NCBI GenBank assembly: GCA_951406725.2
Contig: CATOCA020000001.1
Span: forward strand, 7,316,001-7,380,000
Length of the DNA stretch: 64,000 nucleotides
Source: Octopus vulgaris
Taxonomy: Eukaryota
Reading direction: 5' to 3'
Position numbers and translations under genes: made by a program. The first letter of the stretch is position 1, and every line of letters starts with the position of its first letter. Under the pieces are notes generated by a model. It saw nothing but the letters and a program-made list of their open reading frames with translations, did not search any database and was not told the DNA's origin. This document shows, one piece after another, positions 10,842 through 23,194 of the stretch.

Positions 10842-13800
10842 ATTTCCAAATCTTTCATTCTTTCCTTCTTTCTTTCTTCCTTCCTTCCTTCCATTCTTTC
10901 TTTCTTACTTCCTTTCTTTCTTCCTTCCTTCATTTCTCTCATTCTTTCCTTCTTTCTTTCTTTCGTTCATTCGTTCATTCTTTCTTTCTTTCCTTCTTTC
11001 TTTATTCCTTCCTTCCTTCCATTCTTTCTTTCTTACTTCCCTTTCTTTCTTCCTTCCTTCATTTCTCTCATTCTTTCCTTCTTTCTTTCTTTCTTTCCTT
11101 CTTTCTTTCTTCCTTCCTTCCTTCCATTCTTTCTTTCTTACTTCCCTTTCTTTCTTCCTTCCTTCATTTCTCTCATTCTTTCTTTCTTCCTTTCTTTCGT
11201 TCATTCGTTCATTCTTTCTTTCTTTCCTTCTTTCTTTCTTTCTTCCTTCATTTCTCTCATTCTTTCCTTCTTTCTTTCTTCCTTTCTTTCGTTCATTCGT
11301 TCATTCTTTCTTTCTTTCTTTCTTTCCTTCTTTCTTTCTTCCTTCCTTCCTTCCTTCCATTCTTTCTTTCTTACTTCCCTTTCTTTCTTTTTCCTTCATT
11401 TCTCTCATTCTTTCCTTCCTTCTTTCTTTCTTTCTTTCCTTTCTGTCATTCTTTCATTTCCAAATCTGTTTTAATGTAAACAATTCATTGAAGTCTTTCG
11501 AAATTGGCGAATATGTTTAGGGAAGAAGAAAGGAGTGTTTCATTGAGACCTTACGTTTTTTTAAGGGCTTCAGTCATTGCACAGCGGCCAGGCTGGAGTA
11601 AACTTTTCAGGAATTTCAATTGAAGGGAGTACTCCAGCATGTGCGTGTGTGTGCGTGCGTGCATAATACTTCTGTTGGAAACTTTTGCCAAGCGACTAAG
11701 TTTCTTTCTTTCTTTCTTTATTCTTTCTTTCCGTTTTCTTTCTTTTTTCCCTTCTGTCTTTCTTTCTTTCTTTCTTCCTTCATTTCTCTCATTCTTTCTT
11801 TCTTTCTTTCTTTCGTTCATTCGTTCATTATTTCTTTCTTTCCTTCTTTCTTTCTTCCTTCCTTCCTTCCTTCCATTCTTTCTTTCTTTCTTCCTTCATT
11901 CATTTCTCTCATTCTTTCTTTCTTCCTTCATTTCTCTCATTCTTTCTTTCTTCCTTTCTTTCGTTCATTCGTTCATTCTTTCTTTCTTTCCTTCTTTCTT
12001 TCTTTCGTTCATTCGTTCATTCTTTCTTTCTTTCCTTCTTTCTTTCTTCCTTCCTTCCTTCCATTCTTTCTTTCTTACTTCCCTTTCTTTCTTCTTTCCT
12101 TCATTTCTCTCATTCTTTCCTTCTTTCTTTCTTTCTTTCCATTCTGTCTTTCTTTCTTTCTTCCTTCATTTCTCTCATTCTTTCTTTCTTTCTTTCGCTC
12201 ATTCGTTCATTCTTTCTTTCTTTCCTTCTTTCTTTCTTCCTTCCTTCCTACCAATCTTTCTTTCTTACTTCCCTTTCTTTCTTCCTTCCTTCATTTCTCT
12301 CATTCTTTCTTTCTTTCTTTCTTTCGTTCATTCGTTCTTTCTTTCATTCATTCGTTCATTCTTTCTTTCTTTCCTTCTTTCTTTCTTCCTTCCTTCCTTC
12401 CATTCTTTCTTTCTTCCTTCCTACATTTCTCTCATTCTTTCCTTCTTTCTTTCTTTCGTTCATTCGTTCATTCTTTCTTTCTTTCTTTCCTTCTTTCTTT
12501 CTTCCTTCCTTCCTTCCATTCTTTCTTTCTTACTTCCCTTTCTTTCTTCCTTCCTTCATTTCTCTCATTCTTTCCTTCTTTCTTTCTTTCTTTCCTTTCT
12601 GTCATTCTTTCATTTCCAAATCTGTGTTAATGTAAATAATTCATTGAAGTCTTTCGAAATTGGCGAATATGTTTAGGGAAGAAGAAAGGAGTTTTTCATT
12701 GAGACCTTACGTTTTTTTAAGGGCTTCAGTCATTGCACAGCGGCCAGGCTGGAGTAAACTTATCAGGAATTTCAATTGAAGGGAGTACTCCAGCATGTGC
12801 GTGTGTGTGTGTGCGTGCATAATACTTCTGTCGGTAACTTTTGCCAAACGACTAAGTTACTTTCTTTCTTTCTATTTTCTTTCTTTCCTTTTTCTTTTTT
12901 TTTCCCTTCTGTCTTTCTTTCTTTCTTTCTTTCTTCCTTCATTTCTCTCATTCTTTCTTTCGTTCATTCGTTCATTCTTTCTTTCTTTCCTTCTTTCTTT
13001 CTTCCTTCCTTCCTTCCATTCTTTCTTTCTTTCTTCCTTCATTCATTTCTCTCATTCTTTCTTTCTTCCTTTCTTTCGTTCATTCGTTCATTCTTTCTTT
13101 CTTTCCTTCTTTATTTCTTCCTTCCTTCCTTCCATTCTTTCTTTCTTTCTTCCTTCATTCATTTCTCTCATTCTTTCTTTCTTTCCGTCTTTCGTTCATT
13201 CGTTCATTCTTTCTTTCTTTCCTTCTTTCTTTCTTCCTTCCTTCCTTCCATTCTTTCTTTCTTACTTCCTTTCTTTCTTCTTTCCTTCATTTCTCTCATT
13301 CTTTCCTTCTTTCTTTCTTTCTTTCCTTTCTGTCATTCTTTCATTTCCAAATCTGCTTTAATGTAAATAATTCATTGAAGTCTTTCGAAATTGGCGAATA
13401 TGTTTAGGGAAGAAGAAAGGAGTGTTTCATTGAGACCTTACGTTTTTTTAAGGGGTTCAGTCATTGCACAGCGGCCAGGCTGGAGTAAACTTTTCAGGAA
13501 TTTCAATTGAAGGGAGTACTCCAGCATGTGTGTGTGTGTGCGTGCGTGCATAATACTTCTGTCGGTAACTTTTGCCAAACGACTAAGTTACTTTCTTTCT
13601 TTCTATTTTCTTTCTTTCCTTTTTCTTTCTTTTTTTCCCTTCTGTCTTTCTTTCTTTCTTTCTTCCTTCATTTCTCTCATTCTTTCTTTCTTTCTTTCTT
13701 TCGTTCATTCGTTCATTCTTTCTTTCCTTCCTTCTTTCTTTCTTCCTTCCTTCCTTCCATTCTTTCTTTCTTACTTCCCTTTCTTTCTTCCTTCCTTCAT

Positions 13801-14362
13801 TTCTCTCATTCTTTCCTTCTTTCTTTCTTTCTTTCCTTTCTGTCATTCTTTCATTTCCAAATTTGTTTTAATGTAAATAATTCATTGAAGTCTTTCGAAA
13901 TTGGCGAATATGTTTAGGGAAGAAGAAAGGAGTGTTTCATTGAGACCTTACGTTTTTTTAAGGGCTTCAGTCATTGCACAGCGGCCAGGCTGGAGTAAAC
14001 TTATCAGGAATTTCAATTGAAGGGAGTACTCCAGCATGTGCGTGTGTGTGCGTGCGTGCATAATACTTCTGTCGGTAACTTTTGCCAAACGACTAAGTTA
14101 CTTTCTTTCTTTCTATTTTCTTTCTTTCCTTTTTCTTTCTTTTTTTCCCTTCTGTCTTTCTTTCTTTCTTCCTTCGCTTCTCTCATTCTTTCTTTCTTTC
14201 TTTCTTTCGTTCATTCGTTCATTCTTTCTTTCCTTCCTTCTTTCTTTCTTCCTTCCTTCCTTCCATTCTTTCTTTCTACTTCCCTTTCTTTCTTCCTTCC
14301 TGCGTGTGTGTGCGTGCGTGCATAATACTTCTGTCGGTAACTTTTGCCAAACGACTAAGTTA
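10842..14362 (+). repeat. Tandem satellite: ~245-bp conserved core plus variable (CTTT/CCTT/CATT) spacer; 4 full cores and 1 partial
   Basis: Core atttccaaat...gaagtctttcgaaattggcg...gctggagta...tactccagcatg...cgactaag at about 11456, 12612, 13343 and 13853; partial at about 14300. Confidence 0.95.
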
Positions 14363-14364
14363 CT

Positions 14365-14505
14365 CTGTCTTTATTACCCACAAGGGGCTAAACATAGAGG
14401 GGACAAACAAGGACAGACAAACGGATTAAGTCGATTACATCGACCTCAGTGCGTAACTGGTACTTAATTTATCGACCCCGAAAGGATGAAAGGCAAAGTC
14501 GACCG
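14365..14505 (-). mobile_element. CORE-type SINE 3' fragment; mirror about 35210-35350
   Basis: gtcgattacatcgacc...atcgaccccgaaaggatgaaaggcaaagtcgacc matches the reverse complement of 56790-56865. Confidence 0.8.
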
Positions 14506-15419
14506 CAGGGACGTAAACAACCAAACACTGGTCGTGAAGCCATGGGGTTTAATAAAATGTAAACACACACACGCGCGGACACACATACATAGAGTAAGTC
14601 TGTAATTAATCATTAATTAAATAATTAAATACATCGATTCGGTGCAATAATGAAAGTTTCAGAATTCCTCGTGCCTTTCAGCTGCATTTGGTTCCAATCG
14701 TTCACACTTACATCTCAATACAAATCATAGGTTGGATGCTGCAGCAACTGAAATCACAAGTCAACGCGCATTCGCGTTTCTTCATCCTTTTTCCCTTTGT
14801 GGATGCGGCCAAGCTTCCATTCGGCGACGCAATACACAGCACTTAGAAGAGGGTCAGACTTAATTCACCTGTTTAAACAAGTTTCGTGCAAATCGTTCGC
14901 TCTGATGACGCGTCAGAGAACGTTAAGGATATTCTCCTAAGCTTGGCCTCGCATCATGCTAGAAATAACAGCCAGGTACCACATATCGACATAGTTTTTG
15001 CTTTTCAGTTTATTGTCTTTTTATTCCCATCCTGAATGCAGATGGTGAAGTCCATGGAGACACGTTCCTTCTCTTTCCATAGATGCGACCTTCTTTGAGC
15101 TAGAAACAACAGGCAGAGTACCCTCAGCCATATCTTAAATCAATTAGCAATTTTGGAATATATTTCACTTTGAAAAGAAATCACATTTAATTTATTTGGT
15201 TTGCAGATTTTTCTGTATTCTTTCTTTCTGCGCGTGAATACTTAAAACGAAAGATTATCGAGATGGATGTCAGCTGAATTAAAAGAAACGATATTACAGC
15301 CATAGCGTGAAATATTTCACGCCTCCTTCTCTCCATGAATACATGTGGAGCAGAAAGTTCAACTATCAGAAACATGTATCCGAAGATTTGATTTGTTTTA
15401 TCAACTAAAATTACAGACA

Positions 15420-15580
15420 GGGCTTTACGGTAAGAAAGTTGGTTCCCAACCGTATGGTTCCAGGTTCGATATCACTGCGTGGCGCCTTGTCCAGATGTCT
15501 TCTGTTATACCTTCGGGTCGACCTTAGAGTAGACTTGGTAGACGGAAACTGAAAGAGGCTCTTCGTATACACACACACTT
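15420..15580 (+). mobile_element. Diverged SINE family 1 5' part; mirror about 34135-34295
   Basis: ggtaagaaagtt...ggttccaggttcg...ttggtagacggaaactgaaagagg. Confidence 0.7.
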
Positions 15581-16530
15581 TCTTTCTTTCTTTCTTTCTT
15601 TTTTTAATCTTCTTATTTGTTTCTTTGTTTGCTTGTTTCTTTCTTTCTTCCTTCATTTCCCTCATTTCTTTCTTTCTTTCTTCATTTCTTTTTTCCTTTT
15701 TCTTTCTTTCTTTCCTTTCTTTCTTTCTTTCTTCCTTCATTTCTCTCATTCTTTCTTTCTTTCCTTCCTTTATTTTCCTTATTTCTTTGTTTACTTTCTG
15801 TTTTTCATTTCCTTCTTCTTACCCTTCATTCTTTTTTTCTTTCTTCCTCTCATCTTTCCTTCTTCAATCCGTCTTTCATTTTTCTTCCTTTCTTTTTTCT
15901 GTCGTTACTTCGTTTCCTTTCCTTGTCTCCTTTTTCTCTCTCTCCCTCTCACCCTGCTCTAATCCTTCTCACTTTCTTTCCTTCTTTTTTTCCTTCTTTC
16001 TTTCTTTTTTCTTTTTTCCCTTCATTCTTTCTATCTTTCCCTCTTTTTCCTTCTAACATTCTTTCTTTTCTGTTTCCCTTTCTTTCTTACTTTCTCCCTT
16101 TCTTCCTTTATTTCTCCCTTTCTTTCTTTTTTCTCTTTCTTTCTTTCTTTCTTTCTACTTTCTTTCTTTCTTTCTTTCTTTGTTTCTGTCTCTCTTTCTT
16201 TCTTTCCTTACTGCCTTTTTTTCCTTCTTTCTTTCCTTACTGCCATTCTTTCCTTCCTTCTTTTACTTCCTTATTTCCTTCATTCCTTATTTCCTTCTTT
16301 CCTTCCTTCCTTCTTCCTTCCTTCCCTCCAGCCTTCCTTTCTTTCTTTCTCTCTCCCCGCTCCCATTTCATGCATTATTACAGAATCACGTTACTTTATT
16401 CATTCCTTGCTCTTTTCTTTCTTTCCTTCTTTTTTTCTCTTTTCATTCTTCCTTTCTCTCTCTCTCTCTCACTCTCTTTCATTCTTTCCTTCTTTTTACT
16501 CTCTCTCTCTCTCACTCTCTTTCTTTCCCT
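15580..16530 (+). repeat. Polypyrimidine low-complexity tract; mirror about 33105-34135
   Basis: C/T-dominated composition. Confidence 0.9.
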
Positions 16531-17336
16531 TAATCTCATTGTTTCCCTCCCAAAACAATTTCGACTTTTATAAAAGAATCTCACCTCTCTATTGTCTCGC
16601 ATCATTCGTGAAACAGCAACCAAACACCTTGAAATTCCTAAAGTTTTTATTTTATAAAAGCAGGACACTTGACGAAGCGTCTATCAAACATATTGTCCTA
16701 CAGGTGGTCGGGTAAGATGGTAGAAATAACAGTTCAATACACTATATTCTGCATTGTTTTTCATGAAAGATTGAAGGAGACGTTAAGAAGCATCCGGAGG
16801 AATAATATACAATTGGTGAACCTAGGTGATGCTAGAAATAACAGCCAAGTATATCAAAGTTTTGTGTTGTCACTCATATAAAAATTAAGGGTACTTAGAA
16901 AATCCTCGCTCTCCCACCTCAGCATATATTAATATATCACCCCAAATCTAAGCCGAATAGCCCTAACCTCTAAGCCACTTGCCTTCACTCCAGCGACCAT
17001 GCAAACTGTGTGATGATTGCAGGCAGAGTGAAAGGAAAAGTAAAGAATTGGAAATGTGAAAAAGCGAAATAAAAAACGAATCAGTGACGTGGAGTCGCAA
17101 TCTGTACTAATTCCATTGATCAATGTTCGATATTTATCGATAATGTGTTATAAACACTATTTTATATTATTCTCACTCTTTTTAATAATAGGCATCACTC
17201 GCCGTCGCTCCGTCCCTTTCTCTCCCTCCACACACCGCACGATGCTCTCTGAAGCGGAGTTCCATCCAGATGTCCTCACATCCGATTCTCTCATCAATAG
17301 GCAAACCGTTGTTCCATCCGTCGTCCGACTTGTGTG

Positions 17337-17391
<55 letters not shown>

Positions 17392-17400
17392 GTCCATATA

Positions 17401-17639
17401 TTGGGTTGGTGCATAATCATTGCGGCTTTTTTCAACAAATTTTATTCAACAAAAACAATAACATGTAACAAAAACATCGTTAAATGATTATTCCGGAGCA
17501 TATTCACCATCTACTTCAATAACTGCTTCCCATTCGCTTGATAGACGATCATGTAAAGTTGTTTTTGATAAATATTTTTATTGTTTTTGTTGAATATTAT
17601 TTGTTGAAAAATAGCCGCAATAATTATGCACCAACCCAA
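17401..17639. mobile_element. Internally deleted mariner element (MITE-like); mirror 32032-32270
   Basis: TIRs ttgggttggtgcataat(c/t)attgcggc ... gccgcaataattatgcaccaacccaa flanked by TA on both sides. The interior minus strand reads ...SEWEAVIEVDGEYAPE*, like a mariner transposase C-terminus. Confidence 0.9.
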
Positions 17640-17689
17640 TATTTTACCTGACCCTAGGATGGTGTGATATCTTGAATTGAGCGTGACAT

Positions 17690-18325
17690 GGATTAAAGTG
17701 ATAGAAGGTTGCACAATAGCATCTGACTCACTCTCTCGTCCCTTCCTCTGTGATTCTAGTGGAAGGATGAAGTGAAGAAAACTACAGACGGGTTGCAGTT
17801 CACCCTCCACAAAGCTTGCGGGTCCGTTGAGCCTGTCTAGTGGTTTCCCCAGCACACTCAACAGGTTCACATCCTTAGATAGGCAAGCCCTAGTCCACCA
17901 ATGGTTAAAGGCCGTGTGCTACCCTTACCAAGGTTTAGCCAGCCTGTGGAAGCCGTGAGCCTGGGTGTGGATACTGTTGCATGCAGATAGCATTAATGAA
18001 CCACAGGTGAGAGGTGGGTGTCACAGGAGGACCAAAGCGGACGGACTACTCCAAAGGTCACTGCATCTGCCCTTGACAGAAGTACTAATTGACCCAGATA
18101 TACCTTGCAACCTAGAAAATGATTACAAGGGCAACGAAAGCTTCAATTATGCGGGTCCAGAGTCGGCTTCTTTCCTTCAGACCCAGCAGACAACCGTTGC
18201 CCGACCTGTGGCAAAGACTTCCCAGCACGTATCGGACTGGACGACAACTGCCGGACACACCGTTACCCATCTCCTTCTCCCATGTAATGTATTTGGTCAT
18301 CGTCGACAACGACGGAAGAACTAAT
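17690..18325 (+). mobile_element. Internally deleted RTE-clade LINE (5'-UTR-like part joined to 3' end); mirror about 31345-31975
   Basis: The 3' part encodes RCPTCGKDFPARIGLDDNCRTH, resembling the RTE C-terminal C2H2 finger (CPxCxxxFxARIGLxSHxRTH), followed by gtcatcgtcgacaacgacggaagaac. The 5' assignment rests on recalled resemblance only. Confidence 0.6.
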
Positions 18326-19218
18326 ACCTGCCTCTGACTTGCTATTCTCATACGATGAAAAAAGACTCTCTCTCTCTCCTACCTGTCTCTGTCACTCTAT
18401 TTTCTCTCTCTCACTGTATATATCTCTGTCTGTCTGTGTGTCTCTGGCACCGTTGTGTCACCCGTCTCTCTCTTCCTGCCTGTTTCTCTCTCTCTCTCTC
18501 TCACTCCCACTCTATCACTCTTTCTCTCTCTGTCTCTCTCTCTTTCTCCTCTTTCTCTCTGTCCCTATCTGCCCCCCTCTCTCTCCCTTCTCTATTTCTC
18601 CCACTCTCTCTCTTACTCATTCTCCATCTCTCTTTGTCTCTCACTCCCACTCTATCTCTTTCTTTCTCCTCTTTCTCTCTCTCCCCTTCTCTCTTTCTCC
18701 CACTCCCTCTCTTACTCATTCTCCCTCTCTCTCTTTGTCTCTCACTCCCACTCTCTCTGTCTCTAATGCCTGCCTGATGGACACCTGACTGATTGATTTT
18801 CTTTTCGCATGATCGGACGGCGACGGTAAGCGGATCGATTTCGAATCACCGTTTGAGCAATTCCACTGAAACACGGACACACTCGCCAAATTGGCAAGAT
18901 GTTTATATTGTGGCCCACGAAAGAGACGGTTATCTGCGTCAGAGAAGGGGAAGCGAATCAAGGGTTTGAGTTACACTCGAACATACACACGCAAGAAGCG
19001 ACCTTTGCCACTTCGTTTTATTGACAATAAAGGTCAGAAAGAAAATTTGACCCAAACGAGAGAATTTAATTTACAACATTAAGGGAGGTAATACTTCTTA
19101 TTCTACAAGAGTTATTGCCCTTGAACTGTTAAATTAAAGTTTCATCTTAAGGGCGATGACAAGCAGTAGAGCAGCTGTGAAGGTTCCGTATGTATGTGTG
19201 TGCATATATATATACATA

Positions 19219-19800
19219 GACGTAGGAGTGGCTGTGTGGTAAGTAGCTTGCTAACAAACCACATGGTTCTGGGTTCAGTCCCACAGCGTGGCATCTTGGG
19301 CAAGTGTCTTCTGCTATAGCCTCAGGCCAACCAATGCCTTGCTAGTGGATTTGTTAGACGGAAACTGAAAGAAGCCTGTCGTATATATGTATATAGACTT
19401 AGGGGTGGCTGTGTGGTAAGTAGATTGCTTACCAACCACATGGTTCCGGGTTCAGTCCCACTGCGTGGCACCTTGGGCAAGTGTCTTCTGCTATAGCCTC
19501 AGGCCAACCAATGCCTTGTGAGTGGATTTGGTAGACGGAAACTGAAAGAAGCCTGTCGTATATATGTAATGCATATGTGTATATGTTTATGTACCTGTGT
19601 TTGTCCCTCTAGCATTGCTTGACAACCTATGCTGGTGCGTTTACGTCCCCGTCACTTAGCGGTTCGGCAAAAGAGACTGATAGAATAAGTACTAGGCTTA
19701 CAAAGAATAAGCCCCGGGGTCGATTTGCTCGACTAAAGGCGGTGCTCCAGCATGGTCGCAGTCAAACGACTGAAGCAAGTAAGAGAATAAGAAGAGAAAG
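19219..19800 (+). mobile_element. Tandem SINE family 1: 5' half (19219-19395) plus full copy; single copy at mirror about 30275-30685
   Basis: Head-to-gaagcctgtcgtata segment occurs twice in tandem. Confidence 0.85.
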
Positions 19801-19809
19801 AAAGAAATG

Positions 19810-19845
<36 letters not shown>

Positions 19846-19848
19846 GAT

Positions 19849-19896
<48 letters not shown>

Positions 19897-19995
19897 TATA
19901 AACATATGCATAGATATATACATACATATATAAAAACATACACACACACTCAAACATATACATATATATATACAGACGTCAGAGAGAGAGAAAGA

Positions 19996-20042
<47 letters not shown>

Positions 20043-20344
20043 CGAGAAAGAGAGATTGAACAGATCTCAAGAGATTCTCAATGTAGAAAACACTTAGCAG
20101 CTACCAAACAGATTCAACTTCGACTCGGAAAGCTTTACCGACGACCAAGTCCCCGACATGAAGAGTGGCTGCAACAGAAATCCATGGATACACGGAGATA
20201 AAGACAAAGCAGAGAGTGGAACATCCTCAATCTTTGCTTCCTCTCTGCTAACATCTATCCATTGATATTTATTTTATATATCAATCCCAACAAGTTTCAC
20301 ATGTTTATTTGCCTCATTCTCTCACTCTTTGTCTCTCTTTCTCT

Positions 20345-20515
20345 CTTTGTATCGGTGTTTGTCTCCATTATGTAGCGGTTCGGCAAAAGACATCCGATAG
20401 AATAAAACGTAGGCTAAAGAAAAATTGCCGGAGTAATTTATTTTGGGTTAAATCTTTACAAATTGTTGCTCCAGCATGATTGCAGTTTAATAACTGACTC
20501 AGGAAAAACAAAAGA
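20345..20515 (+). mobile_element. Diverged SINE family 1 3' fragment; mirror about 29550-29715
   Basis: tagcggttcggcaaaagacatccgatagaataa...gctccagcatgattgcagt. Confidence 0.7.
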
Positions 20516-20549
20516 TATGCACACATACATACATACATACATACATACA

Positions 20550-20580
<31 letters not shown>

Positions 20581-20686
20581 GTATGTGTGTATGTATGTAT
20601 GTATATATGTGTGTGTGCGTGCCTCTATGTGTATATATATATGTATCTATGTATGTATGTATGTATATATATATATATATATATAT

Positions 20687-20999
20687 ATGAAAAAACAAGT
20701 CAAAAATAGAAAATGCTAAAATAATTTTATAGTGAACATTTCAGTACCGGTTTCGGTCATTTTGAGACCTTTTCAACTGTAACGATTAAATAATTAAATT
20801 TAGAAAAATTAGAAGAAAAGTTTTCTTAAAAGAATATTTCTATAGTAGTGTTCAGATTTAAGTGGCATTCTGCCTTTCTCTGACTCCCTTGTTTGCACTT
20901 GTGTGTTCGAGGTAGTTGTGAGTTCTTGGTAGGGTAGTAGAGGGAAGGCTGGTGAGGAAAGGGGGGTGGGAGAATCCGGGAGCGCCCCGATGGCCGCAC
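20687..20999 (-). repeat. 5' inverted pseudo-LTR copy
   Basis: About 313 bp, with about 5 differences from the 3' copy by eye. Confidence 0.93.
20742..20779 (-). ncRNA. Same hammerhead in the inverted pLTR
   Basis: Exact reverse complement of 23748-23785. Confidence 0.75.
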
Positions 21000-23066
21000 A
21001 GAAATAGGAGTAACTACACCCCCTCGAAAGGTAAGAATAAAACACTTGATGATTTCTGTGACCACATATCAAATTACCCATATCAACATATGCACAAACA
21101 AAAACACAAACCAAACTTCAGCAAAAAAGAATGGGCTGAGTTGAACAAATTAAAACTAGATAAAACAATAACAATCAAAGAGGCCGATAAAGGGAGTGCT
21201 GTTGTCTTAATGGATACGACATTTTACATAACTTTGGTACTTTCTATGCTGGAAGACACAACATACTATGAAAAGGCACAAAACTACAGTCAACAAAAAA
21301 TAATGAGGGAACTAAAATCCATATTAAACCCATACAAAGCAGGGCTCACCGACAAAGAATATGATTATATGACCAATTTCACAAGTAAAACTAGCCAATT
21401 CTACGGTATACCTAAGATCCACAAAAGTGAAAAAATAAGCAACGCATGCAAGATAGCTACAGACAAAATAATTAAAGTCCCTAATCCTAATGACCTCAAA
21501 TTGAGACCCATAATAGCAGGTCCCGCATGCGAAACCCACCGCCTCAGTAACTTTTTAGACACCCTGTTAAAACCACTCCTCAAACATGTCAAAAGCTATA
21601 TAAGGGACGACTTAGATATGCTTAATCACCTACCGAATACTATAAACAAAAACACCATACTGGTATCCTTCGATGTAGTCAACCTCTACTCCAATATCCC
21701 CCACAACCTAGGACTAGAGGCAATCCAATTCTGGCTAGAGAATCACGCCAACGAACTACCACACCGCATCAAAAAAGAATTTGTGATAGAAGGGGTTAAA
21801 TTCATCCTGGAAAATAACTTCTTCGCCTTCAATGACAACTTCTACCGACAAAAATCGGGGACTGCGATGGGTACACGAATGGCCCCCTCCTTTGCCAACC
21901 TAGTCATAGGATACCTAGAGATCAGTCTGTATCGTAAGGTTCTAGAAAGATATGGCAGCCCTTTCTCCATCTACATAGAAAACAACTGGAAGAGATATCT
22001 AGATGACTGTTTCATCCTTTGGCATAAAAATATAGAAAAACTCATAGAATTCCAGAAAATTTTAAACGGACTGGACGTAAACATCCAATTCACGATGGAA
22101 TATAGCCAACAACAACTCCCCTTCCTCGATATCCTCATTAAGAAAGCTAATAATACAATAGAAACAGACATATACTATAAGCCTACAGACTCTAAGCAAT
22201 ATCTTCCATTCAATTCATGCCACCCCAGACACACCAGGATGAATATCCCCTTCAATCTAGCAAAAAGGATATGCACTATAGTCTCTAACGCAAACACCAG
22301 AGACACACGACTACAAGAACTAAAAGATACCCTAATCACCAGGAACTATCCACCTTCACTTATTGACAAGTGCATTCAACGTGCCCTTCAACTTAACATC
22401 AAGGAACTGAGACATCCCAAATCAAAGAAAAACTTACAACCAAAAGCCTTACCATACATCTCCACACACAACCCTCTCAATAACGAAGCCTTCGACACCA
22501 TCCTCCACAACATACCCCTCCTAAAAAAAGACCACAGAATGAACACAATCCTCCAAACACACACGATCATAAAAAGCAAAAGACAGCCTAGATCCATGAA
22601 AAGTCTCCTTACACAAGCCCGAATTCACTCTTCAACACAGAAGCCGACAGTAAAAAAATGTGGAAGACCCAATTGCGGGATATGCGACTATCTAATCGAG
22701 GGTTCTGAGTTCTCCTTCAAACAGGGACAACGGTTTACAGTGAAAAGCAACTTCACATGTGCTTCGGAGAACCTAATATACTCACTAACCTGCTCCGGGT
22801 GTCAAGAGCAGTACATAGGCCAAACAAAAAATGGTTTGCGTAAACGAATGGCCCTGCACAGATCCCAGATAAAAATTCCCCAAAACAGAAAAATAGCTTT
22901 TAGCCAACACATAGATACTTGCGCCAACAAAAAAACACCAAACTTCAGAATTTTCCCCCTCTACCAATTTAGGGACGATACAACCTCGAGACAAAGAATA
23001 AGTAAAGAAAATCTCTTTATTACAAAATACAAGCCACTTCTTAACGGGTCTACGACAAACAATTAA
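20952..23066 (+). CDS. Penelope reverse transcriptase plus GIY-YIG endonuclease. Uninterrupted but N-terminally truncated; the first ~16 codons come from the inverted pLTR.
   Basis: RT motifs LRPIIAG, SFDVVNLYSNIP, GTAMGTRMAPSFANL, WKRYLDDCF, LPFLDI, IYYKPTD; Cys linker CGRPNCGIC; endonuclease NLIYSLTCSGCQEQYIGQT...RMALHRSQI. Confidence 0.95.
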   Translation: MRKGGWENPGAPRWPHRNRSNYTPSKGKNKTLDDFCDHISNYPYQHMHKQKHKPNFSKKEWAELNKLKLDKTITIKEADKGSAVVLMDTTFYITLVLSMLEDTTYYEKAQNYSQQKIMRELKSILNPYKAGLTDKEYDYMTNFTSKTSQFYGIPKIHKSEKISNACKIATDKIIKVPNPNDLKLRPIIAGPACETHRLSNFLDTLLKPLLKHVKSYIRDDLDMLNHLPNTINKNTILVSFDVVNLYSNIPHNLGLEAIQFWLENHANELPHRIKKEFVIEGVKFILENNFFAFNDNFYRQKSGTAMGTRMAPSFANLVIGYLEISLYRKVLERYGSPFSIYIENNWKRYLDDCFILWHKNIEKLIEFQKILNGLDVNIQFTMEYSQQQLPFLDILIKKANNTIETDIYYKPTDSKQYLPFNSCHPRHTRMNIPFNLAKRICTIVSNANTRDTRLQELKDTLITRNYPPSLIDKCIQRALQLNIKELRHPKSKKNLQPKALPYISTHNPLNNEAFDTILHNIPLLKKDHRMNTILQTHTIIKSKRQPRSMKSLLTQARIHSSTQKPTVKKCGRPNCGICDYLIEGSEFSFKQGQRFTVKSNFTCASENLIYSLTCSGCQEQYIGQTKNGLRKRMALHRSQIKIPQNRKIAFSQHIDTCANKKTPNFRIFPLYQFRDDTTSRQRISKENLFITKYKPLLNGSTTNN

Positions 23067-23194
23067 TATACCTCAACTTTAGAATAAAAGAAAAAAATAT
23101 ATATACACACACAAATACTACACTCCATAGAATCCATTACTAATCAGCCCCTTCATAGCTATATTTACACCCATTCATATTCTTCCTTCTCTGT

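Noticed and set aside
14894-14922. Small hairpin containing CTGATGA
   Set aside because: No downstream GAAA or stem III for a hammerhead, and no Helitron-type CTRR terminus.
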